From sequence record MT682710.1: DNA of 64,000 nucleotides. One strand, written 5' to 3'. The stretch is from Escherichia phage vB_EcoM_FT. The first letter of the stretch is position 1, and each line of letters starts with the position of its first letter. Shown piece by piece: positions 44,746 through 55,962 of this stretch. The position numbers and the translations under genes are program-made. The notes below the pieces were generated by a model. The model was not told where the DNA came from, did not search any database, and worked only from the letters and a program-made list of their open reading frames with translations.

Positions 44746-46923
44746 TTAGGCCGCAAGGGCCTTCATAGTTTTAGCGATTTGGGAAACTTCATCATCACTT
44801 AAAGAGTTGCGATAACCGATGAAGTCGGAAACAATACGGAATTTCTTGGTAAACTCAGCAACCATTTTATCACTGTTTTTTGAAGCATTATTTGATAATA
44901 CATCAAAAAGATTAGTTACTGTCCAGATGTCATGACCGATGGTATCTTTTCCACCATTAAAATATACACCGCGCAATGAACTAACTATATTAGCGAGTCG
45001 TGTATATTCTTCAGAAACTTCATCTGTACTGAAGTACTTCATCATAAAATCTAGTTCAGGATACTTGATAATTTTATCAATATATCGTTGAGCTGAACTT
45101 GAATAACCTACATACTTATCATAATCTACATCATCAAAAGCATCTACATATAAATCACGCAAAGCTTCAAAAATACATTGGCACTGACCGAGCTCTTTTA
45201 CCTTTTTCTGCAAAAGCGGACGAATAACATAAAATTCATTAATGCCAATAAGATTAGCCATACGAATCAAAATATTCATAGATGGATGACAAAGTGATGT
45301 AGTACCATCCATAGAGAAAATATCAGAACGATGCATATACGCTACATAACCAGTAATTTCATCTGCTTCTGACGTAAGTGTAAATAGTTCCTCTTTTTCC
45401 CATCGCCCATCTTTAATTTCAAATTTAAATGCTGTAGCAGCTTTAGGACGAGGAGCTTTACTTTTAACTACCTTTGGAATATAGCTTTTAACCAAAGCTT
45501 CAATTTCTGACAAATAATGAATGTTAACTTCATCACTTTCAAACATTGCCATAATATCAGGTAGTAAATCAATCTGCGATTCTACTTCCGGATTAATAAA
45601 CAGAAGACGCTCATTGTGATGAATATTTAAAGTGTTATTAAATTCACTATCATCTAACGCATGTGCTAATCCACGGACAATATTAACACGATTTTTAATA
45701 TTATCAATAACGATATTAATTTTTGCTGTATTAATACCAAACAGACGATAACTTGATGCAACAGCTGAAGTTTCATGACTTTGCTTAATGCGTTTCAGTC
45801 GAGGGTCAAGATTTACTTCATACACAACCCCTGCATTGCATAACTTACTGTCAGGTTCAAACATGCTCTGCATCTTCTTATATGACAGATTTTTAGTCGT
45901 GAATTTGACTGAATTACTAATCATATAATCTCGAGCAGAATACCCCATCTTCATCAATTCACGATATGTGTGACGAGGAGACGTAGATTCTTTAAATCGT
46001 TTTACATCTTCATTAAATGCCTTTTCACTGAGTTCTTTAACACGCTCAATAATATTTTTACGAGTACGATCGTCTAATGAAAGAGCTTCGCGTGATGGAG
46101 CAATATCAAGCGAACCCATTGGAAATTTAATGTAATTCACTTCATTGCGAATGCTTAACCAGTTACGGTCTCTAATAACACCATCGATAGGATAAACGAT
46201 ACCGCCGTAGATAGCATATAATCCACCACGATCAGGCCAGTATCTTTCTGGATTTACACCGTAATAGTCATCAAAATCCGGAAAATAATCAATTTCGCGG
46301 TCAAGACCATTAATGATAGCCAAATCTTTGAATGGTCGCATGATATAAGAAACTTCATAAGCAAAGTTTCTAAAGTCTTTTTCTTCAACTGGAACTACGA
46401 TTTCAATACCAGTTTTATCATCTGGACCCATTTCTTTTACGAATGTAGGTTTAATTTGTGGACCATCGCCATCCATGTAAGCTACATAACCACGAATTTC
46501 ACCTTTATGGTATGAAGTAATACTAAACGTATCAGTATAACTAAACGGAGATTTAGAACCTAAACCAAATCCACCAATGAAATCATTAGATTCAGCCTTA
46601 GATGAACTGAAGTATGAATTATACAGCCCAGGAGAATTATCATCACCCTGAATATCAAAATCGCTCATACCCGGACCAAAATCTCGGCAAACAAATCGCG
46701 GATCTAATCGTCCTGGAACTTGAATGATAAATTTTTCAGGATTTCCATTGAGAGCATGGGCATCAATCATGTTGGTAATCAATTCACGGACTACTGCACG
46801 AATCTTGTTTGTATACAAATCAGATGACAGAATTTTAAATACTTTAGGAGATGCTGTGATGCTAAATGCTTTTGATTTAGAACCATTACCAAGAATTGTT
46901 TCTTTTTCAGTGGTGATAATCAT
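44746..46923 (-). CDS. rIIA: rapid-lysis protein rIIA
   Basis: 725 aa as T4 rIIA. Confidence 0.95.
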   Translation of the reverse strand: MIITTEKETILGNGSKSKAFSITASPKVFKILSSDLYTNKIRAVVRELITNMIDAHALNGNPEKFIIQVPGRLDPRFVCRDFGPGMSDFDIQGDDNSPGLYNSYFSSSKAESNDFIGGFGLGSKSPFSYTDTFSITSYHKGEIRGYVAYMDGDGPQIKPTFVKEMGPDDKTGIEIVVPVEEKDFRNFAYEVSYIMRPFKDLAIINGLDREIDYFPDFDDYYGVNPERYWPDRGGLYAIYGGIVYPIDGVIRDRNWLSIRNEVNYIKFPMGSLDIAPSREALSLDDRTRKNIIERVKELSEKAFNEDVKRFKESTSPRHTYRELMKMGYSARDYMISNSVKFTTKNLSYKKMQSMFEPDSKLCNAGVVYEVNLDPRLKRIKQSHETSAVASSYRLFGINTAKINIVIDNIKNRVNIVRGLAHALDDSEFNNTLNIHHNERLLFINPEVESQIDLLPDIMAMFESDEVNIHYLSEIEALVKSYIPKVVKSKAPRPKAATAFKFEIKDGRWEKEELFTLTSEADEITGYVAYMHRSDIFSMDGTTSLCHPSMNILIRMANLIGINEFYVIRPLLQKKVKELGQCQCIFEALRDLYVDAFDDVDYDKYVGYSSSAQRYIDKIIKYPELDFMMKYFSTDEVSEEYTRLANIVSSLRGVYFNGGKDTIGHDIWTVTNLFDVLSNNASKNSDKMVAEFTKKFRIVSDFIGYRNSLSDDEVSQIAKTMKALAA

Positions 46924-46933
46924 AATTTCCTCA

Positions 46934-47137
46934 TTAATTTATATTACGCTTAATAACTTCAGCAACTTCTAGTAGTTCATCTTTAGTTGCGGTGTCGGAT
47001 TGAATTTTATCTCTAATATCCTTAAAGCGGTTTTTAAATTCTTCGGCTTCTCCCATATCGAAAAAGCGTTGAATGATTCTATATTCTCGATGAACTGCTT
47101 TATCAAAAAGTTCTAAATTTACTTTATATGATTTCAT
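46934..47137 (-). CDS. hypothetical protein (rIIA.1 position)
   Basis: ORF track, 67 aa. Confidence 0.6.
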   Translation of the reverse strand: MKSYKVNLELFDKAVHREYRIIQRFFDMGEAEEFKNRFKDIRDKIQSDTATKDELLEVAEVIKRNIN

Positions 47138-47162
47138 TCCAATATCCTCATTTGCCCAATTA

Positions 47163-47192
47163 ATTATACCACATCCTTGTGGTAAAGTAAAC
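47163..47192 (-). promoter_or_regulatory. T4-type early promoter
   Basis: GTTTAC, 18 bp, TATAAT on minus strand. Confidence 0.5.
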
Positions 47193-49012
47193 TACTGGCT
47201 CATCCATTCTTTACGAAGGTCAGCATTATCTCCCATGAGCATTTCAAAAAGCTCTTTCCAGTTCTCAGGAAGTTTAACAACATCATATACTGGGTTTTGA
47301 ATCATCTCACGATATTCAGATTTTTCCAAAGAGCCAAGTCCCTTAATATAACGGATGCTATGTTTAGGTAGAGCATCTTTAGCACTCTCATATTCAGCGA
47401 CTGTATAAAACCATTCTTGTTTTTTACCGACCTGAGCGATGATTACAGGAGTTTTGACAAAACGAATTCGTCCTTGCTCAAACAATTCTGGCCAATTACT
47501 AAAAAATCCGAGCAGAGAAGGATAAATGCTTCCTAGACCATCATGGTCAGCATCAGTCATAATAGCAATATTATGATAATTCAAGTTTTCAGCTTTTTCA
47601 CCAAGAACTAATCCAGTGATTGCGCAAATATCAAATAGTTCTTTGTTTTTAAGCATATCAGCATATGACATACCCCAACTGTTGAGAACTTTACCACGTA
47701 ATGGATAACCACCATGAAGTTCTTTATCACGAACATCAATAAGATATCCGATAGCCGAATCACCCTCAGTCAAGAAAAGAGTAGTGTCAGCATCTTTACC
47801 ACAAAGATTCGCTTTGATATGTTTATGAACCTTAGCTTTAGAAGCCTTTTTAGCTGCTTTAGTTTCTGCTGCTTTTTCTGCCGCCAATTTACGAGCTAAT
47901 GCTGCTTCAATAATCGGCATTAAAATTGCTTCATTATTCAAAATAGCACGTGAAATCTTTTTAGCATCAAGTTGAATATGACTACGGATTTCACCAAATG
48001 GAGAAGTCAAACGCTCTTTAGTTTGAGAATCAAATCGCATGTTTTTCATATCACGAACAAACATAACGATAGTCAAACATTCTTTAACGCGTGCTTTAGT
48101 TACATCAATTTTGAACTTGCGTTTGATTTGTGGAATAAGGTCTTCACAAATATCATCCATAACACAGTCAATGTGATGGCCACCATTCTTAGTGTGAATG
48201 TTATTCACATAAGTTAATTGACGAAAACCGTCGGGTGAACGACCAACCGCAATAGAACAATTTTCTTGTTCTTGAACGATAGCATGTTCATCATACTGTC
48301 GTGCATATTTCTTAAAATTGCCCTGAACCTTTTTACCATTAAAGGTAAATTGAATATCAGGATAAACTACTGCAAGTGTCTGGAGACGATCTAGTGTAAT
48401 GTCAAGATAAACTTGGGACAGTTCATTAGTTTCAAATGACATAAAATCAGGAATGAAAGTAACACGTGTTCCTTTCCATTTTCCAGGAATAGTTTCCCAT
48501 GATTTATTTTCCATGCCATTTGAACAACGAACTACAATATTATTTTGACCGTCGCCAGTTTCACCGACAAACATCACAGAAAAAATGTTTGTCAAACTAG
48601 AACCAACACCGTTCATACCGCCAGTGACGCGTTCTTTATCATCACCGAAGTTACCACCTGCTTTTGGAATAGTCCATGCAGCAACAGGACCAGGAATTTC
48701 TTCACCTGTAGGTGTTTTAACCATCGCCTGTGGAATACCACGACCGTTATCTTCAACTGTTACTTGATTGTTTTTAATAGTAACATTAATTTTATTTGCG
48801 AATTTAAACTTAGTACGAATACCTTCATCTACTGAGTTATCGATAATTTCATCAATAAGCTTAACAAGACCAGGTACATACTGAACACTTTCCCATTTAC
48901 CAAACAGAAAGCGCTCATGCATTTCATTAGCAGAAGAGCCAATATACATGCCGCTACGCTTTTTGATATGTTCAATATCGCTCAGAATTTTAATTTCATT
49001 CTTAATCATCAC
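47192..49012 (-). CDS. 39: DNA topoisomerase II large (ATPase) subunit gp39, unsplit
   Basis: 606 aa single ORF with GyrB-like character; no gene 60 split. Confidence 0.95.
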   Translation of the reverse strand: MMIKNEIKILSDIEHIKKRSGMYIGSSANEMHERFLFGKWESVQYVPGLVKLIDEIIDNSVDEGIRTKFKFANKINVTIKNNQVTVEDNGRGIPQAMVKTPTGEEIPGPVAAWTIPKAGGNFGDDKERVTGGMNGVGSSLTNIFSVMFVGETGDGQNNIVVRCSNGMENKSWETIPGKWKGTRVTFIPDFMSFETNELSQVYLDITLDRLQTLAVVYPDIQFTFNGKKVQGNFKKYARQYDEHAIVQEQENCSIAVGRSPDGFRQLTYVNNIHTKNGGHHIDCVMDDICEDLIPQIKRKFKIDVTKARVKECLTIVMFVRDMKNMRFDSQTKERLTSPFGEIRSHIQLDAKKISRAILNNEAILMPIIEAALARKLAAEKAAETKAAKKASKAKVHKHIKANLCGKDADTTLFLTEGDSAIGYLIDVRDKELHGGYPLRGKVLNSWGMSYADMLKNKELFDICAITGLVLGEKAENLNYHNIAIMTDADHDGLGSIYPSLLGFFSNWPELFEQGRIRFVKTPVIIAQVGKKQEWFYTVAEYESAKDALPKHSIRYIKGLGSLEKSEYREMIQNPVYDVVKLPENWKELFEMLMGDNADLRKEWMSQ

Positions 49013-49064
49013 TTATCCTCGTTTGGTTTCGGGAATATTATACTCCAATAATCATAAAGCTAAA

Positions 49065-49076
49065 GGCCCGAAGGCC
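49065..49076. terminator. bidirectional GC hairpin
   Basis: ggcccgaaggcc followed by ttttattt on plus strand. Confidence 0.55.
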
Positions 49077-49078
49077 TT

Positions 49079-49348
49079 TTATTTAAAACGAATAGTCGAA
49101 TCCTTGAAGAATAGACCAGAACATACTGTTCCTTCTACTTTCTGCCCAGTAGGTCCAATAGCACGAAATCCAGTATGCTGGAAATCATTTTCAGAGCAAC
49201 CAAACCAATTGTATCCAGTGATTTCAATATTAGTAAAACCACTTGAAGACAAAACTTTGGTTGCATTATCAGCATCAGTACATCCTACTAAAGATACTGC
49301 TAATACTAATGCTGCAATAGAACGATTAATATATTTCATAATTTTCAC
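49079..49348 (-). CDS. putative lipoprotein (89 aa)
   Basis: Signal peptide with lipobox LVGC. Confidence 0.65.
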   Translation of the reverse strand: MKIMKYINRSIAALVLAVSLVGCTDADNATKVLSSSGFTNIEITGYNWFGCSENDFQHTGFRAIGPTGQKVEGTVCSGLFFKDSTIRFK

Positions 49349-49716
49349 TTAAATTTAATGGCTTGAAGAAGACTAATAATTCTCAAACGGCTTCTTTCAT
49401 CTTTAACTGTAAAAGAAAGAGGGTCGCCAGATTTCATAGTAATAGTGCATTCAAAATCAAAATCTTCTGTGACTTCTTCGAAGAAGTCAAATTCTTCATC
49501 ATAAATTAGAACATTACTCTGAAAACTGTGAAGAATTTTTCCATCATTTCCAGATGCTGTACCAATCATTGTAACATTATTACCTTTCATATCTTCAACG
49601 ATAAATTCGTTTGTCAATATTACAGCATTAATAGAACCATTCCTATAAATAGCAGAAAATAGATATTTCTTTTCTTCACCTTCGCGAATACGATACTTCT
49701 TACCGATTTTAAACAT
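49345..49716 (-). CDS. hypothetical protein
   Basis: ORF track, 123 aa. Confidence 0.6.
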   Translation of the reverse strand: MFKIGKKYRIREGEEKKYLFSAIYRNGSINAVILTNEFIVEDMKGNNVTMIGTASGNDGKILHSFQSNVLIYDEEFDFFEEVTEDFDFECTITMKSGDPLSFTVKDERSRLRIISLLQAIKFK

Positions 49717-49718
49717 AA

Positions 49719-49895
49719 TTATCCCTTAAGTAAGTCGTAAAATCCACCATTCACATGCTTAGGGGCAGAGACTAACCGAATAGCAATCCGATGACAATCA
49801 GGACATACATCAGTATCTCTTTCAGAAATTTTCTTGATTTTTTCGTATTCTTTTGCGCAGTCTTTGGATTGACATTTATAATCATAAAGCGGCAT
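49719..49895 (-). CDS. small zinc-ribbon protein (58 aa)
   Basis: Own translation MPLYDYKCQSKDCAKEYEKIKKISERDTDVCPDCHRIA...; two CxxC pairs. Confidence 0.5.
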   Translation of the reverse strand: MPLYDYKCQSKDCAKEYEKIKKISERDTDVCPDCHRIAIRLVSAPKHVNGGFYDLLKG

Positions 49896-49897
49896 AA

Positions 49898-50311
49898 TTA
49901 TTCCTTAAAGTGAGCTTTCAACATCTGATACAAGGACCATGCCTGTTCATTATTTTCAATAGTAACTTTCATGATCGGGAATTCAGATGGTTCAGTTACT
50001 GGTGCAGGGTCTTCCTGCTCTTCAGCAGCCTGATATGGATTTTCCACTTCATTAAAGAACCCAGCTTCGTTAGTAGAGAGCCAGATAAAGTTTTCGTCAA
50101 GGATATCACCACCGGCACAACGTTTGAGTACACCTATGGATGTCATAATTTTAGTAGGACGCCCAAGATAATCAGCATCTAAAATTTTAAAAGGTTCCAT
50201 ACCTAAACGCCGCGCATAGATTCCGTTATCAGTATGGTCTTTAATAAAATTTTCTTGAGCTTGTTTATTTTTAAATTGATACCATTTATTAACTTCAAAT
50301 TTAATAGCCAT
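49898..50311 (-). CDS. hypothetical protein (T4 goF position)
   Basis: Track ORF trimmed to Met with TAATG coupling to upstream stop. Confidence 0.55.
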   Translation of the reverse strand: MAIKFEVNKWYQFKNKQAQENFIKDHTDNGIYARRLGMEPFKILDADYLGRPTKIMTSIGVLKRCAGGDILDENFIWLSTNEAGFFNEVENPYQAAEEQEDPAPVTEPSEFPIMKVTIENNEQAWSLYQMLKAHFKE

Positions 50312-50526
50312 TAATAAATTTCCTTCCAATAAGTTGTGCCATTTTCAGTAATTTCACGAAATACACCATAAATTGGTTGTTTATCACCGACTTTCTCATA
50401 CACATAAACAGAAGTCAAGTGAGTAAACTTGCTAGTATGTTCCTTTTGAACTACTACCAAATTTGGATCAAATAATACATCTTCAAATTCATCATTAGTG
50501 CAGTTCTGAACAATTTTACGTTTCAT
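50311..50526 (-). CDS. hypothetical protein (T4 cef position)
   Basis: ORF track, 71 aa. Confidence 0.55.
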   Translation of the reverse strand: MKRKIVQNCTNDEFEDVLFDPNLVVVQKEHTSKFTHLTSVYVYEKVGDKQPIYGVFREITENGTTYWKEIY

Positions 50527-50697
50527 TACAATTTCCTCATTAATTAAACATTGGAGCGATGCGTTTCAGAAGAGTATCAGCACCTTTAGCGAATTTCCAT
50601 TTTATTCTCCAAGTTGTTTTCTGTATCAGTAGTTGATATTGATATAGTACCATAATCAACTACTGATGTATATAGTTTTATGAAAAAATTTTAAACT

Positions 50698-51186
50698 TTA
50701 TGCATAGAGAGCATTGCTATAGTGTTTAATCCAACTTTCAGGAATGACTTTGTATGTTCCTAAAAATACCACATTGTACAGCTTAACACCATCTTCTACC
50801 CATTGATCGGTAATGTATCCACACATAGCACGAGTATAAACAACCCTTCCATCGTCTTTGATAAAGTTAAATTCACAAGGAGCAACGAACTTGATAGCTT
50901 GACCGAGTTTCCACTTAAAGTCTACACCTACATGCGAAGTATCAATCGTTTCAATTCCTTTAGCGGGAACAGCTTTCAAAAACGCAGATTCAAGAAATTT
51001 CGCGCGAACATAACCAAACTGAGGTTTAGACTTTCCATCTTTAGGAATGATACGCACTTTTACTTCAGAATCTTCATCTTTAACGCCGTGTTTAAGCTGA
51101 ATGCTTACAATTTCGACCAATTTTCCTGCTGCTTTAGAACGGGATTTATCAGACACACGAGCAATTTCACCAATATTAATAATCAT
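50698..51186 (-). CDS. motB: MotB-like DNA-binding protein
   Basis: 162 aa at T4 motB position and size. Confidence 0.7.
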   Translation of the reverse strand: MIINIGEIARVSDKSRSKAAGKLVEIVSIQLKHGVKDEDSEVKVRIIPKDGKSKPQFGYVRAKFLESAFLKAVPAKGIETIDTSHVGVDFKWKLGQAIKFVAPCEFNFIKDDGRVVYTRAMCGYITDQWVEDGVKLYNVVFLGTYKVIPESWIKHYSNALYA

Positions 51187-51230
51187 AGTTATCTCTCACT
51201 TGTTAAAAAGATTTTATACTCCACAGGACC

Positions 51231-51260
51231 ATTATACTCTGGTCCCAAGAGTTTGTAAAC
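51231..51260 (-). promoter_or_regulatory. T4-type early promoter upstream of motB
   Basis: GTTTAC, 17 bp, TATAAT on minus strand. Confidence 0.55.
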
Positions 51261-51262
51261 TA

Positions 51263-51805
51263 TTAATTCAAAATAGCTACCACTGCACTACGAGGTACTA
51301 CGCTAAAATCACCCGCATGAACAACGTTCAGAAGTTCAACACCATCTTCAATCCATTGGTCTGTTACCCAACCACAGACCGAAATAAATGGGGTCTTAAT
51401 AGCTACCGCATGAGTCAAAAGGTCAGTAGGATCAACTTCTTTGAAGAGGATAAGCTCTGCTTCAAAGACTATAGTTTTAATTACTTCATCATTATCTAAA
51501 CGGTGTACTCGAATCACGTAAGCTTTATTCTTATCATACCAGTTACTTTTTGAAAAACTTTTAACCACAAACTCGCCTTCACCAAAAGCATTAGTCAATG
51601 CTTTATAACCCAAATTTAGTTCAGTAGTTTTAATTTCAGTTTCAACCAGTTTGTAGGTTTTGCCAATTTCGATGGTCCGAGCAGTCATAAATGTTTCCTT
51701 AATTTCTAATGGTTTAACAAGAGTGCCGTACATGCTTGCTATATCCATATCAAACGGTTTAGCTACCGGATTTGGTATGTATTCAGGATTATAATTAAAT
51801 TTCAT
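51263..51805 (-). CDS. MotB paralogue
   Basis: 180 aa; C-terminal GWVTDQWIEDGVELLNVV parallels MotB GYITDQWVEDGVKLYNVV. Confidence 0.65.
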   Translation of the reverse strand: MKFNYNPEYIPNPVAKPFDMDIASMYGTLVKPLEIKETFMTARTIEIGKTYKLVETEIKTTELNLGYKALTNAFGEGEFVVKSFSKSNWYDKNKAYVIRVHRLDNDEVIKTIVFEAELILFKEVDPTDLLTHAVAIKTPFISVCGWVTDQWIEDGVELLNVVHAGDFSVVPRSAVVAILN

Positions 51806-51807
51806 AA

Positions 51808-52308
51808 TTATCTCATTTCAATAAAATCTACGAGTTCAGCATGCGATTTGCGGAACATTACTTGGTGCCCACCAATGATAACTTCATCTTCAGGAACTTC
51901 GTATACAGCGAGATAAAATCCTTTAGAAGATAATTCTTCCCGCTCTTCTCGCGTGAACCATCTCATCATATCATATTCGCTAGCGAAAGCAAAATGATAA
52001 AGACCTATAAACCATCCTGGAATATGATATTCTACTCCAACATAATCTTTCTTGAACTTAGTATTAATTACTTTATTAGCGTTTTTAACTAATAGTTTAT
52101 CTTCGTGTGGTAAAGGAATTCTTTTATTATTATCGCTATGATGCATAAAATTAGGTCTGTCATAACCTACGTGTAATAACCACTCTTCGCTCCATGAATC
52201 TATTATACTCCTGTATGGCGTTATTTGAACACAAAGATTTCGACGTATTGTTATAGCATCTTCATAATCAAGAATACTAAACGATGATTCAACGCGATAA
52301 ATTTTCAT
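51808..52308 (-). CDS. hypothetical protein
   Basis: Start at MKIYRV with SD GAGGA and early promoter upstream. Confidence 0.55.
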   Translation of the reverse strand: MKIYRVESSFSILDYEDAITIRRNLCVQITPYRSIIDSWSEEWLLHVGYDRPNFMHHSDNNKRIPLPHEDKLLVKNANKVINTKFKKDYVGVEYHIPGWFIGLYHFAFASEYDMMRWFTREEREELSSKGFYLAVYEVPEDEVIIGGHQVMFRKSHAELVDFIEMR

Positions 52309-52332
52309 TTTATTATCCTCAGTAGCTATGAT

Positions 52333-52365
52333 GTTATAATACCACAACTAACCGAGGAAGTAAAC
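52333..52365 (-). promoter_or_regulatory. T4-type early promoter
   Basis: GTTTAC...TATTAT on minus strand. Confidence 0.5.
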
Positions 52366-52371
52366 AACTTT

Positions 52372-53055
52372 TTATCGTTTTGTTGGAAGAGACAGAGGAT
52401 CGCACTCTTCCTCTGACGGGGCATCTTCAAGACCCATAGCATATCGCAAAGCATACTTCATCATCAGGATGTCTTTCGCACAGTCATGAATAGAATCATG
52501 TGCAACGAATCCATCTAAGGTTCCCTTTGGAAGAGGACATGTGGTCATATCACGAACAAGCAGAAGTGCTTCAATTCTGGTACGAATATCACGCTGATTC
52601 CAGAATTTACAAGGTTCTAACTTAAATGTATCAAGCTCATTCTCGGAAACGCCGTTAAGACGTTGAATATCGCGAATGAGATCGACTAAAATTGGAAAAT
52701 CAAACGACATTCCACGGCACCAACCTTGAGATTTCCAAGGATCGATGTTATGTGCATTGATGTAATCATTAAATTTTGCAATACCATCGATAGTGCTTAC
52801 ATCTTCATCTGATGGTGCAATATTTTTTCTAGCTTCAGGTGATTGATTTTTCCACCATTCGATAGTGCTTTTAGTAAAAAGACGATGTCCTTTTTGGCTT
52901 TTTAAATCAAACTTGATTTTAATGCCACGTGAAACTAATTCATCAAATGTTTCAACGACTTCTGGATTAGGGTCAAAAGCAATTACAGCCAAATCAATAA
53001 CAGCTGCTTTTTCACCACTTCCCATTGTTTCAAAATCTATAATAAAATCAAACAT
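52372..53055 (-). CDS. dexA: exonuclease A
   Basis: 227 aa as T4 DexA. Confidence 0.88.
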   Translation of the reverse strand: MFDFIIDFETMGSGEKAAVIDLAVIAFDPNPEVVETFDELVSRGIKIKFDLKSQKGHRLFTKSTIEWWKNQSPEARKNIAPSDEDVSTIDGIAKFNDYINAHNIDPWKSQGWCRGMSFDFPILVDLIRDIQRLNGVSENELDTFKLEPCKFWNQRDIRTRIEALLLVRDMTTCPLPKGTLDGFVAHDSIHDCAKDILMMKYALRYAMGLEDAPSEEECDPLSLPTKR

Positions 53056-53312
53056 TAAATTTTCCTTGCTAAATCGCGAATTTGACCTACAGTATAGTCT
53101 TGAATATAAACTTTATTAATAGGCTCATCAATAAATTTTGCCATAGATTCAATATCTTTTTGTATTTCTTCAAGACTGTATACTATCTTTAAAGCTTTTT
53201 CGCGAATAGTAATATTTTCAGGACCCTGATTTTCTTGAATGACAGCTTTAACATTTGTCATAAGAGATTTAAACTGGTACCAACTTAATTCAATCATTAA
53301 TAATCGCCTCAT
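53055..53312 (-). CDS. hypothetical protein
   Basis: ORF track, 85 aa. Confidence 0.55.
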   Translation of the reverse strand: MRRLLMIELSWYQFKSLMTNVKAVIQENQGPENITIREKALKIVYSLEEIQKDIESMAKFIDEPINKVYIQDYTVGQIRDLARKI

Positions 53313-53550
53313 AAAGATAGCTAATTTCGCCTAAAACGTAATCATTGATTGTAACAGTTTTCACTTCACCACAAAAGAATTCTAACGCAATTAAATCTCG
53401 TTCAATTTCTTCTAATTGAAGCATCAACTTACTAGATTCAATTTTTACAGTTTCACGATTTTTACCATGAGCAATTTCATAAATTTCGCTCACTTTATCT
53501 TGAAGCAGATAAAACTGATCTTTAGTTATTTCCACGAATAGCTTCCTCAA
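53290..53550 (-). CDS. hypothetical protein
   Basis: ORF track, 86 aa. Confidence 0.55.
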   Translation of the reverse strand: MRKLFVEITKDQFYLLQDKVSEIYEIAHGKNRETVKIESSKLMLQLEEIERDLIALEFFCGEVKTVTINDYVLGEISYLYEAIIND

Positions 53551-53556
53551 ATTTAA

Positions 53557-54876
53557 TCATACATAAAATACATCATAACGACCACGGGTAACACCAACAT
53601 AAAGAAGTTGTTGAGCTAATTCAGCATCTGCATAATGAATACAAGGCGTATAAATGAAAGCACGGTCTACGGACATACCCTGAGCTTTATGGAATGTTGA
53701 TGCAGGAAGTGCTTTCACTTTACTAAACTGTGATTTAGCATCCCAAAAATCACTCCACGGGGCTTTTCCGCCTTTATTCCAATTTTTATAAGTTTCTGCC
53801 GTTTTACCTAAAAATAAATTAAACTTATATAGCTCTTCATCAGATGAAATTATTTTAATCTTTTCACGATAATATTCATCATCGCCGTAAGTTTCTACTG
53901 TTAAATCCCAATGACGAATTAAGTATTCTCCAGAAACACCACGAGCTTTAACAAAGGTTGATGTATACTCTGCTTCTATAATACGAACTAATTGTCCGTT
54001 ATTAAAAATAATTTCTGACACAGGCTTTCCATCAATTTTATATGTTTTAATTAATGGTTCCTGCATTACAATAATTTCACCGACAATAAAATCTTTATCA
54101 GTTTCAAAAATCTTTTTGCGAATAATGCTATTTAACTTGTCAACAGATTTATTCGTAAATGCCATTACGCGATTTTCAAACAAATCATCTAATGATTTTA
54201 CGATTGAAAAATAATTTACCATAAAATCGCGTAAAGCGGTATCACCAGTAAATCCACGTACTCCATGCCCGTCAACAACTTTATCATAAATCCACTTACC
54301 GTTGCGAACATCAGTAGCTACATCAATAATAGGAGCATTACTGCGTTTAACTTCAGTGAGTTCACACTGATAAAAATCTTTATGTGTAAAGAATGGACTG
54401 ATATAAGCGGTGTTTTCTCCTGGGTCAACAGGTCTAATTTGCTTATTATCGCCTATTCCAATTATAGTACACCACGGCGGGATAGTTGAAAGCAGAATTT
54501 TGAATAGCTTTCTATCATACATTGACACTTCGTCGCAGATTAATACCCTGCATTTAGCTAAATCCGGTACTTCCTTCTGTTCAAAAAGAACGTTTTCTTC
54601 ATATGTTACCGGGTTAATTTTAAGAATACTGTGAATAGTACTCGCTTCTTTCCCCGACAGTTTTGAAAGAATCTTTTTAGCTGCATGTGTAGGAGCTGCC
54701 AAAATGATACCAGTTTCACCCGTAGATATTAAAGCTTCAATGATGAACTTAGTAAGAGTAGTCTTACCGGTACCAGCAGGTCCATTAATAGTTACATGAT
54801 GTTTCTTTTCTTTAATAGCCTTCATAACAATGTTAAAGGCATTTTTCTGGCCTTCGGTCAAATCATCAAATGTCAT
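53557..54876 (-). CDS. dda: Dda DNA helicase (SF1B)
   Basis: 439 aa; Walker A GPAGTGKTT; matches recalled T4 Dda. Confidence 0.97.
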   Translation of the reverse strand: MTFDDLTEGQKNAFNIVMKAIKEKKHHVTINGPAGTGKTTLTKFIIEALISTGETGIILAAPTHAAKKILSKLSGKEASTIHSILKINPVTYEENVLFEQKEVPDLAKCRVLICDEVSMYDRKLFKILLSTIPPWCTIIGIGDNKQIRPVDPGENTAYISPFFTHKDFYQCELTEVKRSNAPIIDVATDVRNGKWIYDKVVDGHGVRGFTGDTALRDFMVNYFSIVKSLDDLFENRVMAFTNKSVDKLNSIIRKKIFETDKDFIVGEIIVMQEPLIKTYKIDGKPVSEIIFNNGQLVRIIEAEYTSTFVKARGVSGEYLIRHWDLTVETYGDDEYYREKIKIISSDEELYKFNLFLGKTAETYKNWNKGGKAPWSDFWDAKSQFSKVKALPASTFHKAQGMSVDRAFIYTPCIHYADAELAQQLLYVGVTRGRYDVFYV

Positions 54877-55184
54877 CGTAAATTCCCTGCAATTGGAATA
54901 CTAACAATACGCCCAGTATCTAGAATTCGCTGATATAATCTTTGTGTGTCTACATCAGGCTTAACATGTTTAACTTCTATTTTATTAAACCAAAATTTAC
55001 GTGGAGTCTCAACTAATCTTGGAATTCCCTTGCCTAAAGCTAGTTGATACTGCTCTTTAAGAGTAGTAAATACTTTATCAGCAATATTCCATTCAAAAAA
55101 TACAGCAGGACGATGTTCATCAAGTGGAACTGGCGTTGTAAATCCGTCTTTGTCTCGGTAAACTATCGCATATACATAAACCAT
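54873..55184 (-). CDS. hypothetical protein
   Basis: ORF track, 103 aa. Confidence 0.6.
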   Translation of the reverse strand: MVYVYAIVYRDKDGFTTPVPLDEHRPAVFFEWNIADKVFTTLKEQYQLALGKGIPRLVETPRKFWFNKIEVKHVKPDVDTQRLYQRILDTGRIVSIPIAGNLR

Positions 55185-55185
55185 A

Positions 55186-55932
55186 TTATCCTCGGATAAG
55201 TTTAAAAATTGAACAATTTAGCGGGTATCCTCTTTTTAATTTGAGTTTATCAATAAATGACAAGTTTTGAAACCGCTCTACACCTTGAATAATTTTATCA
55301 CACATATCATATTGCATTTCTGCTTCTGACAACTTTTTCACAGTTTTCCAATCCGAGCCTTTAAGAAGAACGTTCAGTTTAACAACTTCAGCGCCTTCTG
55401 CTATGCGAGAACCATCAATACGAGCTTTAAGTGCTATAATCATCAGCTTAATGTCAGAGGTCTGTTTTGATTTAGAAAGCTGAGAAATGTGCTCAATTCG
55501 GTTTTCACGTTTTTTCTGTATAGCTTTAATTTGATTATAAGTCTTTTTGATTTTAGCCCATTTCTTTTCATCTAAATTTAGTTTATGAACTTTTTTCGCA
55601 GATGAACGACCAATTCGCAAAGCAAACAAATCACGCTTTTCAATCAACTCTTCTAAAGTATAATCAGAACGAAATGTATTATACTTTTTCTTTACTGCAA
55701 TAACATTCCCTTTAATGTATCCAACGTTATTATCAAAACGTTCTAATGATAATTTCTCTCCTTCAATACGATTATCAAAAGGTTCTCCCGAGTAAGCACA
55801 AACTTTCTGATCTAAAATGTTCTTAATGTAATTGAAGTCTAAGTTAAAATCTTTAGAACGTCTTTTTGCAGATGCCTGGGTATGCTCTAGACGACGTTTA
55901 ATTTTACGAATTTGATTATTAGACAGTTTCAT
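55186..55932 (-). CDS. srd: Srd-like protein (sigma70-like decoy)
   Basis: 248 aa at T4 srd position. Confidence 0.65.
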   Translation of the reverse strand: MKLSNNQIRKIKRRLEHTQASAKRRSKDFNLDFNYIKNILDQKVCAYSGEPFDNRIEGEKLSLERFDNNVGYIKGNVIAVKKKYNTFRSDYTLEELIEKRDLFALRIGRSSAKKVHKLNLDEKKWAKIKKTYNQIKAIQKKRENRIEHISQLSKSKQTSDIKLMIIALKARIDGSRIAEGAEVVKLNVLLKGSDWKTVKKLSEAEMQYDMCDKIIQGVERFQNLSFIDKLKLKRGYPLNCSIFKLIRG

Positions 55933-55962
55933 ATTTTTCTCACATCTTACGGACGGTTAACT

